Of a stretch of DNA of 64,000 nucleotides, positions 10,506-18,777 are shown piece by piece (position 1 is the stretch's first letter; each line of letters begins with the position of its first letter). Where the stretch lies: NCBI GenBank assembly GCA_902496015.1, contig CABUZJ010000005.1, forward strand, positions 17,303 through 81,302. Direction: 5' to 3'. The notes beneath the pieces are model-generated. The model did not search any database. It was not told the DNA's origin and worked only from the letters and a program-made list of their open reading frames with translations. The translations under genes were made by a program, and so were the position numbers. Source of the stretch: an uncultured Eubacteriales bacterium (GTDB lineage Bacteria; Bacillota; Clostridia; Christensenellales; UBA1242).

Positions 10506-10516
10506 GGTGTTATTCT
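10487..10516 (+). promoter_or_regulatory. nrdD promoter (TTGACA, then TGtTATTCT extended -10)
   Basis: TTGACA at 10487-10492; TG at 10508-10509; TATTCT at 10511-10516. Confidence 0.55.
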
Positions 10517-10543
10517 AGCAGTGTTTAAAAAAGGAGAACAATT

Positions 10544-12919
10544 ATGGATAAAATTATTAAGCGTGATGGCAGAGTGGTTGACTATGATATTTCTAAAATT
10601 GAAAATGCAATAGTTAAAGCCATGATGAGTTTGGGTGAAGGTGATGTTAGAGATTGCAAAAAACTTGCAAAGATTACCGAACTTGAACTTTTAGATAAGT
10701 TTGAAGACAAAATTCCAACAGTTGAAGATATTCAAGACATTGTGGAAAAAGTTTTAATGAAAAATGGATATGAAAATGTGGCTAAATGCTATATTCTTTA
10801 TAGAAAAAATCATGAAAAGATTAGAAATATAAGCAATACTCTTATGGACTATAAAAACACCATAGATAAATATTTAAACCTTGCAGATTGGCGAGTTAAA
10901 GAAAATTCTACGGTTACTTATTCGGTTGGTGGGTTAATTCTTAGTAACTCTGGTGCAATGACCGCTAACTATTGGCTTAATGATGTTTATGATAAAGAAA
11001 TTGGAAATGCACATAAAAATTGTGACATTCATATTCACGACCTTTCAATGCTAACTGGATATTGTGCAGGGTGGTCTTTAAAACAACTTATAAGAGAAGG
11101 ATTAGGTGGCATTCCTGGTAAAATTTCTTCTAGTCCAGCATCTCATCTTTCAACACTTTGCAACCAAATGGTAAACTTTTTAGGCATTATGCAAAACGAA
11201 TGGGCAGGAGCACAAGCATTTTCTTCATTTGATACTTATCTTGCTCCGTTTGTTAAAAAAGACAATTTAACATATAAAGAAGTTAAGCAATGCATTCAAT
11301 CATTTGTTTATGGGGTAAACACTCCATCTAGGTGGGGCACACAAGCACCATTTACTAACATTACTCTAGATTGGGTTGTTCCAAAAGACCTTGCCGAACT
11401 TCCTGCAATTGTGGGAGGAAAAGACCAAGACTTTAAATATAAAGATTGCGAACGCGAAATGGCAATGGTAAATAAAGCATTTATTGAAATTATGCTTGAA
11501 GGTGATGCAAATGGAAGAGGCTTCCAATATCCAATCCCTACATATTCAATAACAAGAGATTTTGATTGGAGTGACACAGAAAACAACCGCTTACTTTTTG
11601 AAATGACTACAAAATATGGCACACCATATTTCTCAAACTATATTAACAGCGATATGGAACCAAGCGATGTTAGAAGTATGTGTTGTAGATTAAGACTAGA
11701 TTTAAGAGAATTAAGAAAAAAATCTGGTGGGTATTTTGGTAGTGGAGAAAGCACAGGCTCGATTGGCGTAGTAACCATTAATATGCCAAAAATTGCCTAT
11801 CAGTCGGCTAATGAAGACGAATTTATGGATAGGCTAGATAAATTAATGGATATTTCTGCAAGGTCACTTAAAGTTAAAAGAGAAACAATAACTAAATTAT
11901 TAGAAGCAGGATTATATCCATATACAAAAAGATATCTTGGCAATTTTAACAACCATTTTTCAACCATTGGGCTTGTTGGCATGAATGAGGCATGCTTAAA
12001 TGCAAACTGGTTAAGATGTGATATGACCGACAAAAAAGCACAAGAATTTACAAAAAAAGTGCTTAATCATATGAGAGAAAGGCTTTCAGACTATCAAGAA
12101 AAATATGGCGATTTATATAATCTTGAAGCAACACCAGCAGAATCTACATCATATAGGTTTGCAAAACACGATAAAGAGCGCTTCCCAGACATTATAACTG
12201 CTAATGAAGGGAAAACTCCATATTATACTAATAGTTCGCATCTACCAGTAGGTTACACGGCCGATATTTTTGAAGCATTAGACATTCAAGACGACCTTCA
12301 AACCCTTTACACATCTGGAACGGTATTCCATGCATTTTTAGGACAAAAGTTAAGCGATTGGAAAGCAACAGCAAAACTTGTGCGAACCATTGCTGAAAAT
12401 TATCGTTTACCTTATTACACAATTAGCCCAACTTATTCTATATGTAAGAATCATGGTTATATTGCAGGCGAAGTTTATACTTGCCCAGATTGTGGAGAGG
12501 CAACTGAAGTTTATAGCAGGATTACTGGGTATTATCGTCCAATAGCAAATTGGAATGATGGTAAAACTCAAGAATTTAAAGATAGAAAAACCTATGACAT
12601 TGCTAACTCTCATATTGAAGGTCATTCACATGCAGACACAACACAAGAAAAAAATTGTGAGTGTAGCACTGAAAAAGGGAAAAAAGATTTATTGTTATTT
12701 ACCACTAAAACTTGTCCAAATTGCAAAATGGCAAAGATGCTTTTAGATAAGGCAGGTATAAAATATGTTGCAATAGATGCCGAAGACGACAAAGAAATTA
12801 CTTTAAAATTTAAAGTTCAAAAAGCGCCAACTCTTCTTGTTCCTAACGGAAAAAGTTTCGATAGATACGATAATGCAAGTGAAATTAATAGGTATATTGA
12901 GGAGAAGAAAATCAAATAA
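10544..12919 (+). CDS. nrdD: Anaerobic (class III) ribonucleoside-triphosphate reductase NrdD with N-terminal ATP-cone and an extra C-terminal thioredoxin-fold domain (CPNC)
   Basis: ATP-cone-like N-terminus (KRDGRVVDYDISKI...). Cys-rich Zn site followed by the glycyl-radical motif SRITGYYRP (Gly codon 12527-12529). The tail then reads LLLFTTKTCPNCKMAK...KAPTLLVPNG. Confidence 0.93.
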   Translation: MDKIIKRDGRVVDYDISKIENAIVKAMMSLGEGDVRDCKKLAKITELELLDKFEDKIPTVEDIQDIVEKVLMKNGYENVAKCYILYRKNHEKIRNISNTLMDYKNTIDKYLNLADWRVKENSTVTYSVGGLILSNSGAMTANYWLNDVYDKEIGNAHKNCDIHIHDLSMLTGYCAGWSLKQLIREGLGGIPGKISSSPASHLSTLCNQMVNFLGIMQNEWAGAQAFSSFDTYLAPFVKKDNLTYKEVKQCIQSFVYGVNTPSRWGTQAPFTNITLDWVVPKDLAELPAIVGGKDQDFKYKDCEREMAMVNKAFIEIMLEGDANGRGFQYPIPTYSITRDFDWSDTENNRLLFEMTTKYGTPYFSNYINSDMEPSDVRSMCCRLRLDLRELRKKSGGYFGSGESTGSIGVVTINMPKIAYQSANEDEFMDRLDKLMDISARSLKVKRETITKLLEAGLYPYTKRYLGNFNNHFSTIGLVGMNEACLNANWLRCDMTDKKAQEFTKKVLNHMRERLSDYQEKYGDLYNLEATPAESTSYRFAKHDKERFPDIITANEGKTPYYTNSSHLPVGYTADIFEALDIQDDLQTLYTSGTVFHAFLGQKLSDWKATAKLVRTIAENYRLPYYTISPTYSICKNHGYIAGEVYTCPDCGEATEVYSRITGYYRPIANWNDGKTQEFKDRKTYDIANSHIEGHSHADTTQEKNCECSTEKGKKDLLLFTTKTCPNCKMAKMLLDKAGIKYVAIDAEDDKEITLKFKVQKAPTLLVPNGKSFDRYDNASEINRYIEEKKIK

Positions 12920-13824
12920 TGACAGACATAATTGTTATAGGGGGTGGAGTGGCAGGAATGACCTCTGCCCTTTATGCTTTAAGGCAAAATAAAAGCGTAA
13001 CTTTAATTGAAAAAGATAGCATTGGCGGGCAAATAGCACAATCGCCAAGAGTAGAGAATTTTCCAACTATTAAAAGCGTAAGTGGAAGCGAGTTAGCAGA
13101 TAGATTGTTTTCGCAGATTGTTGATTTAGGGGTGAACTTTGAGTTTGGTAAAGTTTTAAAAATTAAAAAGCAAGAAGGCATTTTTAAAGTTGAAACTGAA
13201 TTTAACACATTTGAATCAAAAGCGGTGATACTTGCAACGGGTGTTGTGCATAGAAAATTAAATCTTGAAAACGAAGAAAAATTTATTGGAAGTGGAATAA
13301 GTTATTGCGCTTTATGTGATGGGGCATTTTATAAAGGCGAAGACATTGTGTTAATTGGCGATGGTAACACCGCTTTGCAATATGCATTATTGCTTTCTGG
13401 GTATGCTAGAACAGTGCAGGTAGTGACAATGTTTGATAAATTTTTTGGAGATAAATATTTAGTTGAAGCCCTTAAAAACAAAGATAATATTAAAGTCATT
13501 CACAATGCAAAAACCATAAAACTAAACGGAGATGAAAAGTTAAGCAGTGTGGAGTTTGAAAGGCCAGATAAATCTGTTTTTGAAATAAAAACACCAGCAT
13601 TGTTTGTTGCAATTGGGCAAGTGCCTAATAATAAATTATTTGAAGATTTAGCAGATTTAGATAAAAATGGTTATTTTGTAGTTGATGAAAGTTTACAAAC
13701 AAAAACAAAAGGTTTATTTGTGGCAGGAGATTGCAGAGCAAAAAATGTAAGACAACTTACTACGGCTGTAAGTGATGGTGCAATAGCAGCAATAAGTGCA
13801 TGTAATTATTTATTTAATGAATAA
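12919..13824 (+). CDS. Thioredoxin-reductase-like FAD flavoprotein (low-Mr TrxR fold) with CALC redox centre but no HRRxxxR NADPH motif
   Basis: GGGVAG FAD motif. CALCDG (13306-13317) matches TrxB CATCDG. GDGNTA is the second dinucleotide motif. TMFDKFF (13426-13446) sits where TrxB has HRRDxFR. The start overlaps the nrdD stop (TAATG). Confidence 0.85.
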   Translation: MTDIIVIGGGVAGMTSALYALRQNKSVTLIEKDSIGGQIAQSPRVENFPTIKSVSGSELADRLFSQIVDLGVNFEFGKVLKIKKQEGIFKVETEFNTFESKAVILATGVVHRKLNLENEEKFIGSGISYCALCDGAFYKGEDIVLIGDGNTALQYALLLSGYARTVQVVTMFDKFFGDKYLVEALKNKDNIKVIHNAKTIKLNGDEKLSSVEFERPDKSVFEIKTPALFVAIGQVPNNKLFEDLADLDKNGYFVVDESLQTKTKGLFVAGDCRAKNVRQLTTAVSDGAIAAISACNYLFNE

Positions 13825-13887
13825 TTAAATAACCAAATAAATATAAATTCCCATAAAAATAATTTTAAAATTAACCGATTAAAGCAC

Positions 13888-13921
13888 AAAGTCCGCAGAA
13901 CTAAAATCTGCGGACTTTATG
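13888..13921 (+). terminator. Terminator of the nrdD operon
   Basis: AAAGTCCGCAGA-actaaaa-TCTGCGGACTTT. Confidence 0.7.
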
Positions 13922-14220
13922 TTAGTATGTAAAGTTTTAGATGAATGTAAAGCTAAACATTTGTATGTTAAAATTAAAAATTTAAGTGTCACTATTAATA
14001 GGTAAAATTGTAGCTTAATGTTGTTGTTAAATAATAAACACTTTTTAACAAATTTTTGACCTCATTATCTAGTGCACCTTTGCACTTCAACACAGCTTAG
14101 GTGTGTGCCTAATGATATTTTTATAATTATTGATTTACCAAGATTTGTGCTAGAAAAATTTCTGTTACTAATTGTGAATTTTTGTGAAATTTAAACAACT
14201 TTATAGCAACAGCCAGTTGC

Positions 14221-14249
14221 TTGACTTGCAATACAACCAATGTTAAAAT
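14221..14249 (+). promoter_or_regulatory. sigma70 promoter TTGACT-17-TAAAAT for the XRE gene
   Basis: Read directly. The inverted repeat AGCAAC-5-GTTGCT (14205-14221) abuts the -35. Confidence 0.6.
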
Positions 14250-14270
14250 ATCTTCGAGGTGTTAAATTAT

Positions 14271-14720
14271 ATGGAAACAAAGGATATTATACTTGAATTG
14301 CGAACAAAAAATGGATTAACTCAAGATGAACTTGCAGAAAAAATTTATGTTACACGGCAGGCAGTATCTCGATGGGAAAAAGGTGAAACAATACCAAATA
14401 CAGAGACTTTGAAAATGCTATCGAAGTTGTTTGATGTTTCAATCAACACCCTTTTGGGTTCTCCACGCAAACTGATTTGCCAATGCTGTGGCATGCCTTT
14501 AGACGATTCTTCAACTAGTAAAGAAACTGACGGTACATATAATGAGGAATATTGTAAGTGGTGTTATACTGATGGGAAATATGTTTACAAAAATATTGAA
14601 GAATTGATAGATTTTCTTGTGGGACATTTGTCTAACGAAAAATGGCCACCGCAACAGGCACGAGCTTTCTTTGAAGCACAGTTGCCAAAACTTAATTACT
14701 GGAAGCATTCAAAAAAGTAA
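14271..14720 (+). CDS. XRE-family HTH transcriptional regulator with a C-terminal Cys-rich (zinc-ribbon-like) domain
   Basis: GLTQDELAEKIYVTRQAVSRWEKGETIPN is a classic Cro/C1 HTH. The C-terminus has CQCCG...YCKWC. ATG 14271 preferred over the track's GTG 14259 (GAGG RBS at 14256-14259). Confidence 0.85.
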   Translation: METKDIILELRTKNGLTQDELAEKIYVTRQAVSRWEKGETIPNTETLKMLSKLFDVSINTLLGSPRKLICQCCGMPLDDSSTSKETDGTYNEEYCKWCYTDGKYVYKNIEELIDFLVGHLSNEKWPPQQARAFFEAQLPKLNYWKHSKK

Positions 14721-14807
14721 ATCTTAAAAATTGCCTTGGTAAGTTATAGAAAAATACTAGCTTAATTTTCTATTGTGATTTCATATCATAATTAAGTTTC
14801 CAAATAT

Positions 14808-14840
14808 AAATCCCGCAGATTGATAATTCTGCGGAATTTA
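14808..14840. terminator. Bidirectional terminator between convergent genes
   Basis: AAATCCCGCAGA-ttgataat-TCTGCGGAATTT (one mismatch). Confidence 0.65.
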
Positions 14841-14888
14841 TGTATTTACATATTTTTATAAAAATACTACGATTATTTTGAGTTATTT

Positions 14889-15362
14889 TTATTCATCTTC
14901 ATTTAACTGATTATTGTTATTTTCAAGTGTGTTTTGTGTTTGGTTTCTTTGTCTTCCATTTTTGTATAGTTTTTCACAACCGTTATAAAATTTGTCAATA
15001 ATTAAACCATAAAGTGGCATGTCTTTGTCTAATAAATAGAAAATTAAACCAAGTATCACAAATACAATTAAATAGTAATTTAAAATTATTGACACCCATT
15101 TCATAAATTCCTGATAAAAGTCATAATAAGAACTACCATAATCACTTGCAAAACCACCTAATATTAAGATAAATAATTGTTTTACAACTAAAACACTTAG
15201 TAGTAATGCCAAGCACTGTGCTATTCGTTTTATTGATTTTTCTTCTAATCCCAAAACTAATGCCACAACAAGTAAGCCGATTGAAACCCAAATTAAGTTT
15301 TGAATTAATGCAAGCACTAATGAAACAGCAACTAAAATTGAACCAACTGCTTTTTTATTCAT
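14889..15362 (-). CDS. Small polytopic membrane protein (157 aa), unknown function
   Basis: About four hydrophobic segments, polar Asn/Gln-rich C-terminus, AAGGAG RBS. Confidence 0.6.
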   Translation of the reverse strand: MNKKAVGSILVAVSLVLALIQNLIWVSIGLLVVALVLGLEEKSIKRIAQCLALLLSVLVVKQLFILILGGFASDYGSSYYDFYQEFMKWVSIILNYYLIVFVILGLIFYLLDKDMPLYGLIIDKFYNGCEKLYKNGRQRNQTQNTLENNNNQLNEDE

Positions 15363-15564
15363 AATTTTCTCCTTTTCTTTAATTTATGCTAAACCTTTAT
15401 TTTTTGATAATTGAAATGATTAATTTGAATTGTTTAACATATTATTATTTTAATATAAGGCGGTAAAATTTTCAATAATTTTTGTATTTTTTATAAAAAA
15501 TTAGTATTTAGAAATATATTTTATTAACTTAAATATTAGAAAAATCTAACCATCTTAAATATGT

Positions 15565-15593
15565 TTGTTAAATTGTTTTAAATTTGATATAAT
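15565..15593 (+). promoter_or_regulatory. Promoter TTGTTA-17-TATAAT (TGn-extended) ending 9 nt before the PAP2 ATG
   Basis: Read directly. No SD between the -10 and the ATG at 15603. Confidence 0.55.
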
Positions 15594-15602
15594 AATTAAG
15601 AT

Positions 15603-16199
15603 ATGACAGAATTAGAATTTATGATTTGGATGGATAATAATTTGCATGTAAATAGCGTAATTACACAGATTATTAAACTAATAACACAACTCGGTGATAG
15701 TGGAATTGTGTGGATTGTTTTGGGGCTTGTTATGCTTTGTTTCAAACGCACAAGAACGCCAGGGCTAATTATGCTTGCAAGTTTGGCATTAGGTTTTGTT
15801 TTAAATGATTTTATTTTAAAAAATTTATTTGCAAGAGAAAGACCAATTTATCAAAGTGAACAACTTTATAATTGGCTTGCAGGCACTGGCTATAAAATGC
15901 CCGATGGTTTTTCTTTTCCATCGGGACATTCTATGGGAAGTTTTGCATGTGCTATTGTGTTGGTTTATTTTTATAAATGGCGAGCAACGCCTGCTGTGGT
16001 TATAGCAAGTTTGATTGCTATAAGCAGAGTTTATATGTGTGCCCACTTTCCAACAGATGTTCTTGCAGGTGCCTTATTTGGAACCATAATTGCAATTATA
16101 GCAATAATATATTACAAATTATTTTGGCAAAAGTTTACTAGATTTTTCTATAAATTAAAAAATAAAATTAAGGTAAAATTTTCAAAAAAGAATAGTTAA
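15603..16199 (+). CDS. PAP2-family lipid phosphatase (BcrC/PgpB-like undecaprenyl-diphosphatase candidate)
   Basis: The three PAP2 motifs are present: KNLFARERP, PSGHS and SRVYMCAHFPTDV. Confidence 0.85.
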   Translation: MTELEFMIWMDNNLHVNSVITQIIKLITQLGDSGIVWIVLGLVMLCFKRTRTPGLIMLASLALGFVLNDFILKNLFARERPIYQSEQLYNWLAGTGYKMPDGFSFPSGHSMGSFACAIVLVYFYKWRATPAVVIASLIAISRVYMCAHFPTDVLAGALFGTIIAIIAIIYYKLFWQKFTRFFYKLKNKIKVKFSKKNS

Positions 16200-16246
16200 C
16201 TATTTAAGTAAATTAACATAAAAATAAAAAGTTCGTTATGAACTTT

Positions 16247-17545
16247 TTATTTTTCAATTTCTACATCGTTTATTTTTGAAAATTCATCAGCATCAACAAG
16301 TTTACATTCTTCATTTAATCCATTTACTATATCATAAATATAAGGTGAAGTTTCATTAACTTGCGAAGCTACACTACCATAAGAAGATGCAGAAATATAT
16401 ATATCTTTTGAATTTATAAAGTTTTTAATTTCAGTTTCTAATAATTTACGGTATTTATTATTTAATTGATATAAATAAGAATAATTATTATTTAAATTAC
16501 TTTGCCATTTTGATAGTTCTGCAAGTCCTGCCTTATCTTTTTCAATTTCATCATATTCTTTTACCTTATAACTTTCATAAAGATGTTCAATGGTAGTATA
16601 AGATATTAAAGCACCAAAAGTTTTAATATCGCCTGTTTTATCATTAACACAAATAAATCTGCATTGTTGATATAGTTCTAGTTTTTTTCTTACATCTTTT
16701 AAATATTGATCTTCATCATTATATATAATTGAACCGGTTTCAGTGTCAACGGGATGTGTGCCATCATAAATAACCCCGAATTGAAAACTTCTAGGCAAAA
16801 TGTAAACAATTGAGGCATAAGCATTGTTTTCCAAGTAAAAAGTGTCGATAGAATTATTTAACATTGCTCCTAGTTCTGTTCCTGTATTTTTATCAATAAC
16901 ATAAATATCATATCCATTTTTAGCATAGTCTAAAAGACCTAGCCACTCTAAATAAGTTGTATCATTTGTTGTTGAATTATATAATAAATTTTTTGTCTTT
17001 TCAAATAGCTCATTTTCAGCACTTGAAGAAGATGCTATTACTTCTAAGTTACTACTATTAATATTGTTTTGTTTAATAAAATTTTCAAGTTCTTCTAATG
17101 TTAAATTTCCATTACCAAAAGAATATGCAGTGTCTATACATTTCTCATCTTGCGCTAAGTTTTTATTCATAATATTATAAATTGTTTGTCTTCCATCTTT
17201 TCTAGTGTAAACACACAATAAAAGTTTATTATCATCAAACTTATATGGATAAACTTTCACAATTTCGTCGTAATCTTTAATTAAGCCCCCAAAATAGTTA
17301 GGGTCAGAAAACCATTTATTATAAATTTCTCTTTCTTTTTCTATGTTTTCAAAATATTTTTCATTAAAAATTTTGCTTGAAGATGTAATATTATCATAAA
17401 GTTCTTCGTTAAATTCTGGTTCTGGCAATTTTTCAAGTTTTGAACCTGGGTTACAACCAGCAAATAATCCAGCGCCTAAGCCTAAAACAAGAGCAGAAGC
17501 AATTGCTTTTTTGCCTGCACTTTTAAATCTTTTTAATTTTTCCAT
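16247..17545 (-). CDS. Orphan lipoprotein (432 aa)
   Basis: Signal peptide with lipobox GLFAG|C. AAGGAAGG RBS. Confidence 0.7.
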   Translation of the reverse strand: MEKLKRFKSAGKKAIASALVLGLGAGLFAGCNPGSKLEKLPEPEFNEELYDNITSSSKIFNEKYFENIEKEREIYNKWFSDPNYFGGLIKDYDEIVKVYPYKFDDNKLLLCVYTRKDGRQTIYNIMNKNLAQDEKCIDTAYSFGNGNLTLEELENFIKQNNINSSNLEVIASSSSAENELFEKTKNLLYNSTTNDTTYLEWLGLLDYAKNGYDIYVIDKNTGTELGAMLNNSIDTFYLENNAYASIVYILPRSFQFGVIYDGTHPVDTETGSIIYNDEDQYLKDVRKKLELYQQCRFICVNDKTGDIKTFGALISYTTIEHLYESYKVKEYDEIEKDKAGLAELSKWQSNLNNNYSYLYQLNNKYRKLLETEIKNFINSKDIYISASSYGSVASQVNETSPYIYDIVNGLNEECKLVDADEFSKINDVEIEK

Positions 17546-17713
17546 AACAACCTTCCTTTATTTAATTTTATAGCACAAATAAAATTATGTCAATATCAAT
17601 TCAAAATAAAAATTAATTTAAGCATATTTTAAAAAAGAAGGTTTTATTAAAAATAACAACTAATTAATAATAATTTGTAGCCAAATATGAAATAATTTTT
17701 TAATTTACTTTAA

Positions 17714-18493
17714 TTAATCATGAATAACATACTTTAAGTCTTGTTTTTCTTTATAATTTGCAATAACACTTGGAATGTTGTTTATCACTTCCTCTTTCAT
17801 GCCATTTATTAAATTTAACTCTGCAAAACTGCTTGCACTGTTTCTTGCAATTATAACATGATCTAAAATATCTATATCATTAAGCAAACAACTTAACATA
17901 ACGGTTTTTGTGAAAATTAAATCGTCGTTACTAGGCATACATTTTTCATTAGTATGGCTATGAGTTATAATAATTCTTTGACATTTATTTGCAAAAGCAA
18001 AGGCCGTTATTTCTCTTATATTAATTTCAATGCCATTAATTGTGCCTTTACCAATTTTTTTACTGGAAATTATTTTCCCTGCTGAGTTTATACAAACAAC
18101 AAAAAATTGCTCTACATTAAATTCTGTGTAAAGTTTATTACAATAAGCTTTTGCAATGTTGGCAGAAACAATCTTGGTTTTTAAATTTGTGCTAAGATTA
18201 TATTTATGAAAAATTTTAAAAATTAAACTAATTAAAATTGCAGAATTTTTACCCAATCCATCAACTTGCATAAGGGCATCTATATCTGCTTCAATAACAG
18301 AATTAAAAGAACCAAAATGAGATAAAAGTTTGTGTGCCAAAGGATTAACATTTTTTCTTGGGATTGAATAAAAAAGTAATAATTCTAAAATTTCGTGATC
18401 AGCCAAACCATTAATTCCAAAATTAATATATTTTTCTTTCATTCTATTTCTATGGTCGGCATGAATATTTTGTGGCAACTTATTGTTACTCAT
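17714..18493 (-). CDS. radC: RadC-family JAB/MPN-domain protein (UPF0758)
   Basis: N-terminal HhH region (GLADHEILELLL...LMQVDGLGKNSA) and JAMM-like HSHTNEKCMPSNDD (HxH-x7-S-xx-D). ATG 18493 preferred over 18523. Confidence 0.8.
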   Translation of the reverse strand: MSNNKLPQNIHADHRNRMKEKYINFGINGLADHEILELLLFYSIPRKNVNPLAHKLLSHFGSFNSVIEADIDALMQVDGLGKNSAILISLIFKIFHKYNLSTNLKTKIVSANIAKAYCNKLYTEFNVEQFFVVCINSAGKIISSKKIGKGTINGIEINIREITAFAFANKCQRIIITHSHTNEKCMPSNDDLIFTKTVMLSCLLNDIDILDHVIIARNSASSFAELNLINGMKEEVINNIPSVIANYKEKQDLKYVIHD

Positions 18494-18777
18494 AAATTTC
18501 CCTTTTGTTAAAATAATAATCATTATTATTTTAAAAGAAAAGATATATTAATTCAAATAAAATTAAATAAATTTAGATATCTTTTATAAAAGTTTTATAT
18601 TTTTATTAATCTCTAATTAATATATAGTTTAATTCAGTTATCTATAAGCTTTATATTTTCATTTTATTTTATATGATTTATTTTTTGTAAAGTGAAGGAT
18701 TTATTAATAATTTATAAATTTAAAAATTTGTTAGAAAATAAAAATACCTTAAAATTTGAAATATTTTAAAAATATTT

